DNA of 64,000 nucleotides from Podarcis liolepis (Eukaryota), in the NCBI GenBank assembly GCA_965112155.1, contig OZ218099.1; one strand, 5' to 3'. Below the pieces are notes generated by a model that saw only the letters and a list, made by a program, of their open reading frames with translations, was not told the DNA's origin and searched no databases. This document shows positions 50,474-64,000 of the stretch, in pieces. The position numbers and the translations under genes are program-made. Every line of letters begins with the position of its first letter. The stretch's first letter is position 1.

Positions 50474-52942
50474 CAGGAGTCAGCAGTGGTAGCACACCCC
50501 CTTCCTAGGCATTGCAGTGAGGTCAGATTTTACTTGCAGCCATGGGTTGAGCCTCAATCACATGGGAGCAATATTCAATGGCAGCCCACCACTGATAGAA
50601 CATTTGAATTAGGGTAGTAGCTTAACAGTGTATTATGATTTAGTGAGACAATGTTACTTCCCAAATTATGGAATCATAACTGAAGAATATAATAGTAATT
50701 TGAACTGAGAGGTAATATGTTATCTACCAGTAGCTGGGTGGATGCTTCTCTGGCTCAACAGCTTCCTACTATTCTTACTATGCAAGTAAGTTTTTACCTC
50801 AATTAGTCTCACAGTTGCAGACTTGTGGGTGGATCCCAGGTTTTACAAAAAGGGGGGAGGGGAGTGGAATGGAATGGAATGGAAGCAATTGTAATCCTGA
50901 ACAGGGAGTAGATAGAATCTACTCCAAAGTGCAGGAGGGGAAAAACCCAAAAGAAAATCAATCTAATCCAACAACAACAAATGCAAGAAAACAACCACCA
51001 AGTTCGGTGAGTGATATAAAAAAAAAATTGGTTGTATCCCATTACGTTTTCCCCAAGTAGACCCACTAGAATTAATGGATCTAAGCTACCCATGTCTATT
51101 AATTTCAGTGGGTCTACTCTTAATATGACTCACATGGGATACAAGCCAGTGGGAAAGATTCAGTGTTGTGCTAACATGATTTCTCCATCAGTGCAAATGT
51201 GTTTGCTTGCCAGGTGGAACAATCTCCTATCTCCTCCTCATCCTACCTATTCTGAAGGTTCTCCTGACCCTCCCCCAGCCAATTTTGGGTGGCAGGGACA
51301 CATGGTGGGGAAGAAGTCCCATTGTGCCAGCAGGACTCTGTGTGTTGGCTTCTGCTAGTGCAACAACTCAGCTTAACCAAGCCCAATGAAATAAATAGAC
51401 ATCAGTTAGTCATGTTTATGAATTCCAGTGAGTTTACTCTGAGTATGATTAATACTGGATACAACCCAAAGCATGTAACTTTCACCTTTCATGTTTATGT
51501 AACACAATTAATAGCCACAAAAAGGGGGGGGCACCCAAATCAGATTGATGCATTGCTAAAACAAACATGTATTTCAACCATAAACTAGTCTTTAGTGGTC
51601 CAATAATATCATAATAATCAGAATTATTATGTCTTTTTGCCCAATATAGTAAAGCAATGGTCTTAATAGTGGTAACACCATTAAAAACACACACAAATAC
51701 TCATACCCATATCAAGGATAAAGATTACAAACAATACTGGTCTTTGCTTGCCCACTCTTCCATAATACAAGGGCACTTCAGTAAGAGGTCAGACAGCTGT
51801 CGCCTACCAACTTCCCCCAGCTGGATTTGAGAGAGAAGATGGATTCCCTCTTTTCTTCCCATCCCACCCCATGGGTCCAGCTACTTCTGTCTGAAAGTAA
51901 CTGCCTAGTGACAGTCTCCTTAGGAGTCAGAATCTCTTGATTCCTGCTCTGAGGGGACTGGGACCCCTGAAAATGCAACAGGTAGTGAAGCATATCCATT
52001 TTCTGGAACATTCACAAGACTAAGGATTAAGAAGTCAGTATGCAGGAACAGCTACCATTAATCATCATAAAGTGGTCTTCCAGTTACTTGGATCAAATTT
52101 CTCCCTTACACTTATTAGACTCCCCTCAATACACGCTACAGTTGCTCATAAAATATTCCAGGGTTGTTGTTTTTTGCTGCCTTACTTCAGAAGTAGTGTC
52201 ACCATCACACTGCTAAGAAAAGAAGCTGCAGTGAAATTGACCCAGGGGGTGAAAATTATTATTATATTGGAATGAAAGTAACATGCTTTTTGACACGTTT
52301 GACAAGCTAACAAGCTGGTTACCATGATTTTTTTTTCCAGAGGCATGCAGTACCTTAAAGCAACTTATCGTGTAACCTGTGGAGAAGGAAAAGCAGAGAG
52401 CATGGCAGCTTCAAATGTAGCGACTAACAGAGCAATTAACCTGCGGAGATAGCACAGTATGTGGAGCAGACTGCAATTAGCTCTTTTCTCAATTTAAAGG
52501 GGCTTTCGCAATCTTATGCTAGTCATGGAATGTCTAACAAAATAAACCCAGGTGCAGTTATTTGAGAAAACAGTCTGTTGTTGACTGAGGGTGGGGGCGG
52601 TGGAGAGGAGAAATCAACATAGTCCTTGGAATTTTAGACTTGAATGTGTCAGTTCTGGCATATTAATTGAAGCTCTAGAATTAATAAGATGGGGGGGACA
52701 CCCCCACATAAACAAAATCCAACTTCCATTTAATCAGGCTGCAGCAAAGAGAGCTGGAAGTAGCCTCACTCCACCCGCTCTGCTGGAAGACCAGCCCTGC
52801 TGGACTTCTCCTGTCCTTGAAATGTTTCTGTTCCAGCTGGTTCTTATTGCAACCTTAAGAACTTTTGCCTGAGCTGGCTTGTTTTTCTTTCCCATCCTCA
52901 CCCCTCTTTTCCTTTTGCGTGTGTATGTGTTTCATGACTTTA

Positions 52943-53184
52943 CAGTGGTACCTCAGGTTACATACGCTTCAGGTTACATACGCTTCAGGTTACAGACTCC
53001 GCTAACCCAGAAATAGTGCTTCAGGTTAAGAACTTTGCTTCAGGATGAGAACAGAAATCGTGCTCCAGCGGCGCGGCGGCAGCAGGAGGCCCCATTAGCT
53101 AAAGTGGTGCTTCAGGTTAAGAACAGTTTCAGGTTAAGAACGGACCTCCAGAACGAATTAACTACTTAACCCGAGGTACCACTA
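52943..53184 (-). mobile_element. Tigger-like MITE family A, 242 bp
   Basis: TIRs and TA TSD; two 16-bp CAGGTTACATACGCTT repeats. Confidence 0.93.
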
Positions 53185-56100
53185 TATATTGAAAGCCTGT
53201 GGTCAGAGTCTGTTCTTAATGATCTTCTGGGAGCCTTACAGAAGAGCAAGGTGGAATCACACACACATTCAGCATACTTAGGAATTAAGCCCTGTTGAAC
53301 ATGGCATTTACTTCCAACGAGAGAGAGCACTTGGCTGTACATTGCTTATTGTTCAAAGCAGAGCTACCGAATTCAAAGCAGAGCTACCTACATAGCACAG
53401 GACTGTTTTAAGTAGGTAGGTGCTGTGTTCTGAGAATATCTGCCTCGTAAACAGTATTGTGTTAACTAGGACAGAGGAAAAGTGTGTGATGATTGTACCG
53501 CCTGGTCACTTTGAAGTGAATGCCTAAAACCAAAACCGCCCTAGGGGCATCTGCTTCCTAAGCCTGTCTCCCCACCTCCCCATGGATATTGCTGCACTTG
53601 CTCCTGCTCCCTCTCTCTCTCCTGCTTTCATGTCACAGCTGCCTCATGTTGCTTCTTCTTTGCTCACCTGTTCCCTAGGGACTCTCCTGCTTTGTTGTGC
53701 ACTATCTTTCATTGTAAAGTGTAGCTTCATTTCCACTTCATGCTCCCCTTCTTACTCGTATCCCATTAGCTAGAAGTGTTGATGGTATCAAATAGATGGA
53801 AGAGATAAATGAACCCTTCAGTCGCTACTACAGCCTGATGGAAATGATAGAAGGAGCCGTGCAAAATATATTAAAAAATGAGCAAGTATTGAGGAGTTCT
53901 TTACCAATATGACGGGTCAATAGATTCACTCTCCTAAAGAATGGCTCCCCATGATGTATTTCGGTCAGCAAATTGATTGCTTTGGGGCCTGTTTTAGCCA
54001 CAGCATTGTCCAGCAGAAACAGTGAAGAATCTGTGGGCTTTTAATACTGACAGCCTTCTGTGGTCACACCCAGCACCCCTACAGGATTTTTTGACATTTT
54101 CCAGACAAGCTACATGCAAATTAAAACGAAGAGCAAATGTTTATTTATACTCTTCCTTCATTCCTTGTGGCCAGATACTATGGGGGCAGGTAGTCACATG
54201 AAACACAAATTCTGCTGCTATGGGTCAAAGTTCTTAAAGCACTTGTTCCTGTCCAGTCTTACTGACACCAGTATGGTTGTTTTTGAAAAAGGAGTGAGGT
54301 ATAGCCAATAATACACAGCTAACATTAAAAACACATACAAACAGAAAGGGAGAAATTGTCACAAAGGGAAGCTGAGTTCATCTTAGAATCCAAAATACAC
54401 TTTGCTTTCTTCTCACAGAAGAAAGCAAAGGAGATTAGCTGTGGGTTGCATCCAGTGTTTGCATTCTGCTCACACAATAAACTTCCGCTTGCATAAAGGT
54501 TCATTCTCCTTTTCTTTCCACACACACACATATACCCCACACACCTTCAAAATCTGCTCAAGAATTGGAGGACCCTCTGGAGCAGACTTTGGGGTCACAC
54601 AGGGCAAGGAGAAGACACAACCTCCTTGGTCCCATGTAGTATCATGTAATAAACAACCACCCTTCTATAAAATAAGAACTCTGGTTGTGCCAAAGTCATG
54701 GAGTGAGTTTCCATTTATCTGGATGAAAATAACTCTCACTCCTTTCACTGTATAATACTTTGCAGCAAAAACACACCTGTCTTTCCTTGGTAAAAATGGC
54801 TATATTATTTTTAAGTAGCAGGTTTCACTCTTGAAGGATTCATTTCATATTCTAACACTAAGTGCAGTGAGCTAGAAGTGCATCTACCTCAATACACTGC
54901 CTCTAATGCCCAACACATTTTGACAAGAAGAATACTGTGCTCCTTGGCTCAGGAAAATCAATAGGATCATATTCCCTCTACCCATCTCCTGGCACAAGTC
55001 ATTAGCAACGGCAACCAAATAATTTCTTCTGAGAACTAGCCAAAAAATGGATTAATAATAATATCTCTGGTCTAGGTGCACCGCCTTGTTCAGGATTTCT
55101 TAGAGTTGAGCAGCCACCAAGTTTTGTATGCCCCAAGAAATGAAAACTAAGGGCACATGTATAATATTAATCAAATATATCTGCCACACCTTCTTCACAC
55201 AGGCATAAAAACCCATAAATTACAGGCATCCAGAGCTCTCGGCAACTTTAAACCACGTCAAATTAATTTAGCTTGATTGTGTAGATGATTCTTATATGAA
55301 TTTTTGCAGCTTATGTGGCTTAAAAGTACCTACATAATAGTCTTCTAGTATTAAAAAATGCTATCAAGTGTTAAATCAAATCTCTTTCAAAATATATTTT
55401 CCTGTTTCACAGAGCAATGTGTTTGGTTTCAGTAGATACCCCTATCCTAGGATAAAGCATAGGAATTAATATTTCATAGCTACTTAATCCACTCATTCAG
55501 AAACAGAAATGCAGACTTTCAAATATTTATGCTTCAGAGGCAAAACATGGCACATTGAATTAGTGCATTGTGCTTTCTCCTCTGCCACTGACTTGTGATT
55601 CAATCCTGATCATGTAACTTTTTAGAAAAGGTGTTCTAAAAGGAAATGACAGTAAGACTGGGATATATATTGCTTTGTATGCTGCATTTTTTCCAGCAAG
55701 AAGTCTCTCATCATATCCTCATTCTTTAACTTTCACATTTAAAATATATGTAAACAGTTGCAACCCTCTACATATTTACTCAGTAAGTCCCATTGAATTT
55801 AATGGACCTTGCTCCCAGGTAAGTGGATATATGCTAGCAGTCAGGAGGAAGAGGAGGAGTAGGAGAAGAAGCAGCAGCTTAAAACAGCTCTAAAAAGCCA
55901 CAGCAGAATAATTTAGGAGCAGAATCACAGTTGATCTGTTCATTCATTTAAATTGAGAAAAGTCAACTCAATTTCCTAATGCAATCTATCTGTGACATTA
56001 AATAATATGGCTACCTTGAATACAAGTATACAAAGCTAACTTTTCCAGAGTTGACCAATGAAATTAGTAGATTTAAGTTAACCATGTCCATTAATTTCAG

Positions 56101-56338
56101 TGGGCTGACTCTGAGTGTGACTAACATTAGATACAACCCAGTTACCGAGAGAAAAGAGCATCCCTTGTACAAAATTGATTAGTCCTGCTGTTGGACTCAC
56201 AGCCATTTCTAAAACTTTACACAACCACAGTCATCGTGCGGCAAAGAAGAGCTCTGAGCAACTCTTACATTTGGAACTGGACATACATTTAGAACTGCTA
56301 AAAATCAACAAGGAAGAAGTTTATGGGTAGGGGAAGTA

Positions 56339-56580
56339 CAGTGGTACCTCGGGTTAAGTACTTAATTTGTTCCGGAGGTCCGTACATAACCTGAAGCTGT
56401 TCTTAACCTGAAGCACCACTTTAGCTAATGGGGCCTCCTGCTGCTACCACGCCACCAGAGCCCGATTTCTGTTCTCATCCTGAAGCAAAGTTCTTAACCT
56501 GAAGCACTATTTCTGGGTTAGCGGAGTCTGTAACCTGAAGCGTATGTAACCTGAAGCGTATGTAACCTGGTGTACCACTG
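56339..56580 (+). mobile_element. Tigger-like MITE family A, 242 bp
   Basis: TIRs and TA TSD; same orientation as 3908-4149. Confidence 0.93.
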
Positions 56581-57495
56581 TACAAGGATTTGTCTTATTG
56601 CAATTCAGTGCAGTATTTTCATGACTGGCAAGCGGTCTCAAAACACACACACACAACCCTGGATCTCAAGAGATTCATCACAAACCTTGGAGACCCCCCT
56701 GAAACTTGCATTCAACCAGCAAGTTGCTGGTGCTAAGCCAAGATGGAATGTGCTAGTTATTCCAGATTGATTGAATATGTCACCGAGTTAAACAGTTGAA
56801 GAGCAAGTATTTGGATAATGACTGGTTAGAATCCTGAAATGTTTGTCCCCTGTGCTCCCTTTGCACTTACATCTCTCACATTGTTCTCTGACCACCCAAA
56901 GAGAATAACTGATTGGGGCTTATGAGTGACCCTTCCTGAAATAAAGTATATATTCCCTGAGGTTTCTCTACAAATGGCTTCCAGGTTGTCATCATCTTCA
57001 ACTAAGCACACCTCTCTTAAAGTCACAATGTTCTGTAATGATCACTCTCTGACCACCGCTGCTCTCTGGATAAGCATTCTGTAGCTATGGCTGAATTCAC
57101 AATGGCCCAAACAGTTGGAAGCACAGTGTTTACCTAATTGCCTATTGTGTCAGATGAATAAAAAGGCCAATGATTCTCGTTTTTAAAAATCTGAGTAAAA
57201 AGCCTACATTACCATTTAAATAGCTACTGTGGGGCTTTTTTAAAAAAAGGATGCTGATTATTTACTCAAATGGCCTTAACAGCCCATTAGCAGAACAAAT
57301 CCATATCTTAAGAAGTTTGGTCTTTAACCTGACAAACACTGTTGATCCCACGCAAGTTCATAAAGTTATATCATGTGAGTCAGAAGTTAGACATGACTGA
57401 ATGGGAAAAGCAAAAGTTCATACAAGACTGATGTGCTCAAAATCCAAGATGAGGCTCCATCCTTCTCTTTGCTTCCTCTCTCCAATGAAAGAATG

Positions 57496-57789
57496 CTTCT
57501 TCTGCTTCTTCTTCTGCTTCTTCTTCTTCTTCTTCGGCAATCACACATAGCCGAGTAAGATTGTATTCCATGAACATAGTCTTAACAGTGAGACCGTAAG
57601 TGACTGTGGAGGCCAATTCTGGATCTACATGTCCTTTCACAGTGGGAACATAAGTTTCTGGGTGGGAGTTGATCAAGGTGAGGGTTTGCCAAGTGTGCCT
57701 TCCTCTTAGCATGTTTCTCCCTTTCGTCCTGAGTTCAAGCGTCTTCAAAGTCCATGACACCTTTGGTAAAGGCTATTCTCCAACTGGAA
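57496..57789 (-). mobile_element. RTE-clade LINE (non-Bov-B) 3' end with (GAA)n tail
   Basis: Minus strand encodes a C-terminal C2H2-like finger NLCSHCERTCRSRIGLHSHLRSHC, then a short UTR and GAA repeats at 57496-57535. Confidence 0.85.
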
Positions 57790-59265
57790 GGGTGCTCTTG
57801 GGTAACAGCGTAAGAAGTGACAAACAATGTGAGAGCTGCATGATGTGCAGAATCTCTTCCGTAGGCATCTGAGTGGGTATGTTTGGTGTTTTTGATCTTT
57901 AAAGATTCTTGCTATACACTTCAAATAAAGGAATAAAATTGGAGAGAAAGGCTTGTGAATGTCAGAGCTGCCCCCCACCCCCACCCCAGTTTTCTTTGAG
58001 AGAAATTTGCACCATGTACCTTATGTTTGCCCTTATCTCCAGAGTTTGGCTGGATTTGCATGATTACATCAATGCTATAAAAGTAGCATGGAGGAGGGAG
58101 CCCTTATTTATAAAAACTGCTCTGACTTTCAGCATTTGCTTTGGGCTATTGTATCCAGAAAATATTTCAAAATGCCTGGCAGGAGATTTGTTCTCTTTGG
58201 TGACAAAAAGGACAGTTTTTCCCAAGGGCATGTGAGTCTAAGCACAAGTTGTTGACACCTCTGGGGAACAAAGCAACAGTAATTGTATCAGGCAGGTTCT
58301 CCTCAGTAGTTATCACTGCAAGGGTTTCAAGGAGAAGTCCAGAACAAGAAAGCTACGAAACTGAAAAAGGGGTTGTTGTTTTTCCCTGGGTGTGTGTGTG
58401 TGTAGATATTGTGAAAGAAACACAGGGTGGGTGAGGAGGGTCAAGTTCAGGTTCATGTGTAGGGGAGTGGGTCATTTGAACACATTACAGGGAAAGGGGG
58501 ATTATGAGAATGACTGCCTGCCACAGATTGGCAAGAACAATGGCAAAAACAGTAATCGTAATTTATGTCCAACCTGCTTGAAATAAAAATAACAAGTACA
58601 CAAGTTCAGCAGTTGGGCTAGCTGCATCTCAGAAGTGTTTAGTTTAAATCCTGACACCATCTGCTCAGCTAAAAATTTCCCCACTGTACTCAATATGCCA
58701 AATCACAATTATGTCAGTAAGGACAGAAGCCTCCTCACTTACAAAATAACTTGCAACCCTGTTTGAATGAAACGAGGAACCAAAGGGTGGCCAACTTGGA
58801 GCACCAGAACTCGGCAAGCTTGCTGCTAGGACTGAGGTGGAATAAACAGGGCACACATGCTGTCGATGGAGCCGAAGAAACTGGCATCCTTGCAGAAAGC
58901 GTGAAAAATTGTCAACTGGCATTGCAAGCCCTAAAGACTGAGCAAAATGGGGCTCGGCGGTTGAACGTGCAGCTCATTACGCACACCGTACATGGGCATA
59001 ACACTGGTGGGAGGGTGTAGGGAACTTCCCCCCTCCATCAGAGCAGAGTGGGAAGGAAATGCTCCCTCCCAGACAGACTGCCTGCTGGTGCCAAGTTTTT
59101 CTCTTCCATGCTCACGTGCCATGCCACTCACCCACTGAGGATTCATCACTGCAGTAAGAAGCAAGAGAAAGGGCTGCTTTCTGAACTAAAGTAGTGCTAG
59201 AGCCCATGCTTTGCATGCAGAAGGTCCTGGGCAGGGCTTGGAAACCCAGAAAAGCCACTGTAGAA

Positions 59266-59449
59266 GGGCTATAACTCAGTGGTAGAGCATCTGCTTTGCA
59301 TGCAGAAAGTACCAGGTTCAAGCCATCCAGAGAGGGCTGGGAGGGAGTCCTGCCTGAAACCCCAAAGAGCCACTGCTAGTCAATGTAGACAACATTGAAC
59401 CAAGTAGAGCAATGGTCTGACACAGTATAAGGCAGCATCCTCTGTTTCT
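59266..59449 (+). mobile_element. Squam3 SINE, near full length, nested in an older Squam3 (59189-59520)
   Basis: GGGCTATAACTCAGTGGTAGAGCATCTGCTTTGCATGCAGAA..CCAGGTTCAA head; flanking CTGTAG at 59258-59263 and 59450-59455. Confidence 0.9.
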
Positions 59450-59894
59450 CTGTAGGCTGTACCAAACTAGATGAACTAGTGGTTCATCTTAGCAGAAGGC
59501 AGCTTCCTGCGTCTTCCCTAATCCTGCCTTCAGAGATAAAGCACAGCCTCTGAGATCAGGCTCCCATCTGGTTCCCATGCATCAGTACTGTTTTCATGCC
59601 AAGATGCTGCATGGCTTCTTTAGACATTATGGTAGACACAAACCAGAGGAAACCATACCAGGAACCTCCAGTGTGGTCACTCATTAGATGGCTCTACCCA
59701 TTTGGCATCCCAGTCAGATCACAAACTGCAAGTTTCCTCATAAAATGGAAGGAGCGAGCAGTTGAATGCCAGATCAATATTTTCAGCAGCAAAGAGAGAT
59801 GCCCCACCATCGTAGGCACAGGTGTAAGAAGTACCATTTTACCAACTGGGGTGGTGGTACAGTTAGAATGGCTTGGTCAAATTTTCAGGAGCAA

Positions 59895-60068
59895 GGGAAC
59901 ATCCATAGCTCAGTGATAGAGCAGCAGCTTTAGAGGCACATGACCCCAAGTTCAATCCCCATAATCTCCAGGTAGGACCCGAAATTCTGGGGAGCTGCCA
60001 GGCAGTGTTGTCAATGCTGAGCTAAGACAACCAGTGGTCTGATTCAGAAGGCACCTTCCTATGTTACT
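59895..60068 (+). mobile_element. Squam3 SINE, degenerate
   Basis: CCATAGCTCAGTGATAGAGC...GTTCAATCCC...ATCTCCAGGTAGG...TGGTCTGA...CTTCCTATGTT. Confidence 0.8.
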
Positions 60069-60770
60069 AAAGGACACTGGATCTGATGTGCTAGTTCATA
60101 CATCATGTTGCAAAAGAAATATGATTTGTGCCAGTCTCTAAAGATGATGCAATCCAGAATGGAGTAGCCAACACAGTGCCCTCCAGATGTTGTTTTACTC
60201 CATAACTCCCATTATCTCAGCCAGCCATGGACAATGACCAGGTGAGTTTCAAGCCAACTTCATCTAGAGACCACTAAGGTGGCTTCCTCTGCTCTACAAG
60301 GATGGGGTTAAATCTGGTATGGCAAAATGCTGCCAGACAAATTCAGAATGTAGGGGGAAATGGGGCCCTACATGTCAGCTGTGCTCCCAGTGCTCCTGTC
60401 ACCATGGGAAGACGCTTCAGACCAGAAGAGAGAATCTATGAGTATTCAGTTGAACAAGCTAGGAAGCCTCCCCACAATCACCAACCCTTCCTTATCAGGA
60501 TTCCCAATCATGGACAAGATTTAAAGGATGATCAGCTGAACATGCACAGAAACCTACTTTAGATCTTGGTCAGAAGTAGATCCATCACACATGGAGACAC
60601 TCAGAGACAGGCATGTCTACATAGTCACCTTCCAGTTTAAGCCCTTATATGTGTTCCACAAAACACCTGAATGGGCCTAAGGTGGTATGTTTTGTCCACA
60701 TTGCAACCACACTTGGAAAAACACAAGTTGGAAGTGAGCTAAAATCTCAGTGGCAAGGCCACAGGTAGCA

Positions 60771-61009
60771 GGGGTTGTATCCTATAAAATCATTGTGCAT
60801 GTGGAACAAGTTGCCACAAGTACAACAGAACTTGCCCTTCCTTTCCTCTCTTGTGCACCTCTCACACTGCCCCCAAATCTGCTCCAGAGTGTTGGGGAAG
60901 ACTCCACAGTAGATTTGGGGGGGGTACAGCAAGAGGAGGGGGAGTGAAAGTTCAGTGGTACTTGCAAAAGTCATGCCTTAAGTGCAATGATTTCATTGGA
61001 TGCAACCCC
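60771..61009. mobile_element. ~240-bp palindromic MITE; relatives near 4570-4790, 51150-51370, 54440-54640, 63730-63940
   Basis: TIR GGGGTTGTATCC / GGATGCAACCCC; internal arms CCCCCAAATCT / AGATTTGGGGG. Confidence 0.8.
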
Positions 61010-62209
61010 AAGTCCTGTGGAGTTTTAATACAGCAAGGTATGAAGTTTTAGTTTAGTTATCCTACTTCTGTAACAATTCTTCCGCCTCATACACACAAGC
61101 AACCATATTTCCTGATGTGTGAAAAGGTCAAGGTTCCAATCAACTACTCTATGCTTTTTCATACCACAATGTTTCTGGAACCCCAGAGGCAAAGCACGAG
61201 GTCAACAAGATCATGCATACTCATCCATATCTGCATGAGCTCACAGGCAGGTCACCGGAAAGTACACATAACAGCCATCCCATGTGACGAGCTTAGATCG
61301 TTAGGTGCAGAAACCCCTAAAACATCCCTGCAAGTACATTTATTCAGATTATTGGATGAGTATAAACAATCTCTAATTTAAATTCACTGCCTCAAGGAAA
61401 CTGATGTATATGTTTTTCTGTAATTATTTATTTACTCTACATCAGCCAGTATTTTATCTTGTGGTCTGATGAGCTATTGCTAAATTTTCAAATCCATTAG
61501 TGCAGACAATATTAAGAAAACAAATCACTTTCAGAGGTTGAGCTCCCTCATTACTCAATTCCCCCTCCCTCTCTATCTTTTGAGAAAGATAACAGATTGA
61601 ACAATTTTAATATGTTCATGCTGCCCTTAGACCAATAACAAAAAAAATTCTCAGTAACAATGAGAAAAGTTGGTTGCTACTTTTTTTTAACCCAAAACAC
61701 TTTGGGTGCCAAGGGTTTTCTTTTTTTAATTTATTTGGAGAACTTCGCAATTTTAAGTTTTTGGAACTTGTATTTCAAAAAAATGTATATGTTAAACTTC
61801 TTCCTAGATTGTCCTGCTTGTTTTGTAAGTTACATTGTTTTGACCATCAGCTACAAATAATACAAATATGATCAACTAATTGAGCAAAATTCTAACATTG
61901 CCCACGGCAGTAGTACCATTCATTCTGAAATGTGGGCTACACTGAGACCTTGGGTTAGAAACTTCCTCCAGCAACAGAAAGATGCTCACCATCTATAGAT
62001 GCCTAAAAGACTGAAAAGGAGCAAGGTAACTGCAAACTCCTGTCCAGGAGCTTTCCAGGATGTGCGAACTAGGTCACAATATGCAAGGGGTCACCAATCT
62101 AGCCTTTGAAGGCTTCCAGAGGTGCTCCGGGGTAGGTGCCTTAGACTCCAGGCTTTCATTAAAAGAAAAAAAGTAAAGTTCCCAAAATAATATATGGTAA
62201 TATGTGAGG

Positions 62210-62774
62210 TTCTTGGGAGAAAAACAATGACAAACCTAGACAGCATCTTAAAAAGTAGAGACATCACCTTGCCAACAAAGGTCCGTATAGTAAAAGCTAT
62301 GGTTTTCCCAGTAGTGATGTATGGAAGTGAAAGCTGGACCATAAAGAAGGCTGATCGCCGAAGAATTGATGCTTTTGAATTATGGTGCTGGAGGAGACTC
62401 TTGAGAGTCCCATGGACTGCAAGAAGATCAAACCTATCCATTCTTAAGGAAATCAGCCCTGAGTGCTCACAGGAAGGAAAGATCGTGAAGCTGAGGCTCC
62501 AATACTTGGAGCTCCAATACGTGAAGCTGAGGCCACCTCATGAGAAGAGAAGACTCCCTGGAAAAGACCCTGATGTTGGGAAAGATGGAGGGCACAAGGA
62601 GAAGGGGACGACAGAGGATGAGATGGCTGGACAGTGTTCTCGAAGCTACCAGCATGAGTTTGACCAAACTGTGGGAGGCAGTGGGAGACAGAAGTGCCTG
62701 GCGTGCTCTGGTCCATGGGGTCACGAAGAGTCGGACACGACTAATCAACTAAACGACTAAACAACAACAACAAC
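62210..62774 (+). mobile_element. Bov-B LINE, 5'-truncated, with internal 22-bp templated insertion
   Basis: LGRKTMTNLDSILKSRDITLPTKVRIVKAMVFP...; TSD AATATGTGAGG at 62199-62209 and 62775-62785. Confidence 0.97.
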
Positions 62775-64000
62775 AATATGTGAGGGTTTTTTCAAGCTGA
62801 TTCCTGCATTTATGCAGAATTTTAAGTTCTAACTATGAACTTTTTATCAATTCATTGCAATCTCAATGCTTGTTGCAATACAGCTGACTTTAGAATGTCC
62901 ACTTTAGAATAGGTTACAACTTCTGGATGATCAACAAGTGTCTGATGGATAGGGTAGTTTACTCAGAAGTAGGAAAGATCAGCTATTGATCTTGTACCTA
63001 CAAATCAACCCTATAAAATGCATGGGGCAAACCACAGGGCAGATAAATTGGTTTGATATCCTGTCTTCTGAAGAGGTCCTGAAAACTGTTATTCTGCAAA
63101 GGGGATAGGGAAATCTACTTAAGAAGATGGTCAACACCAGCACTTAACTACAAATCCAAGTATTTTGGAGGAAGAAAGTCATACAAAACTGCAGTGTAGA
63201 TAGGTCCATAATTATGAAGGAAAAAAAGGAGGAATCAATCTTTTTTCCCCTAAAGCACTTACATTGCATGGTTGTTAATTCACCACCTGCTTGAAATTAA
63301 CATGAATAAAAATGCAAGAGATGGCAATGGAAAAGAAGAAACATCACAATTATTGGAGCTTTAGAGTCATTATAATGAATCATCATATACATAGTCTGGG
63401 GGAAGTCATTTTTTAAAAAAAATCCAGGAGATCAGTTAGCACTATTTTCTAGGAATGACATTTCAGAGATTAAAAGATGACCAGTTTTTCTCAGTTGGAT
63501 TGGCTGGTTTCCATTGGTTTCCATTGTGTAAGGATTTATTACAAGCCAATCAAACCAGTCAGCACAATTCTGCACCTGTTCATTTTGCTTTTGTTTACAA
63601 AGAACTGAAAAGCTTACTTGTTTGATATTCAATCTCCACCTTCATTAGGAAAACTTGCAATGCATTAAAACTACAAGAAAATCAAAACACCCCTTTTTTT
63701 TGTTTTACCTCCCTGGTATTTTGAGTGCAATCCAAGTAAGTCAGTGTGCAAATGGAATTACTTTTGCTGATGAAACAGAACCTCTCTTCCTTCTCTCCCC
63801 ACCTTCACTACTTCCCCCAATCTGCTCTGGTGGGTTGGAGGAGCAGATCTGGAGGTGCAGGAGCATGTGAGAGAGGGAGAAGAGGGCAATGAAGTTCTGT
63901 TGAGTGAGCAGTTGTCCTGCTCAGGCAACTACTACCCTTTGTACATGCAGCAAGAGGTGGCAATTGGTTTGGGCTGCGGAATGTGGGAATGACACCTCCA

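Noticed and set aside
57437-57760. ORF with an acidic EEEEEEAEEE tract
   Set aside because: Off-frame reading of an RTE 3' end and its (GAA)n tail.
58751-59020. 89-aa ORF in a mildly CpG-rich unique segment (also a 38-aa ORF near 53800-53916)
   Set aside because: No recognisable homology or convincing splice boundaries; could be regulatory but cannot be supported as CDS.

Overview
Eukaryotic, repeat-rich non-coding DNA (intergenic or a large intron) from a squamate reptile, most likely a lacertid lizard. The assignment rests on Sauria/Squam1, Squam2-like and Squam3 SINEs, young Bov-B RTE LINE 3' ends, CR1, L2, a second RTE family, a Penelope-like end and many non-autonomous hAT, Tc1/mariner(Tigger) and hairpin MITEs. 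I recognise no host protein-coding exon, rRNA or intact tRNA; ORF-track entries are TE fragments, microsatellite read-through or chance ORFs. I found no convincing new multi-gene system. The best leads are: (1) a minimal hammerhead ribozyme at the 5' end of a Penelope-like fragment (37021-37060); (2) an LTR-like element at 8.77-9.9 kb apparently broken by a ~380-bp inversion, with a templated 55-bp duplication at one breakpoint and a base-paired RNA motif; (3) a Bov-B insertion with a 5' inversion in twin-priming geometry (38485-38941); (4) a tRNA-Lys-head/CR1-tail SINE (33052-33183); (5) a Bov-B inserted into the catalytic motif of an already dead L2; (6) several locally templated insertions and nested TE clusters. 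Family names come from remembered consensus sequences, not from a database search.
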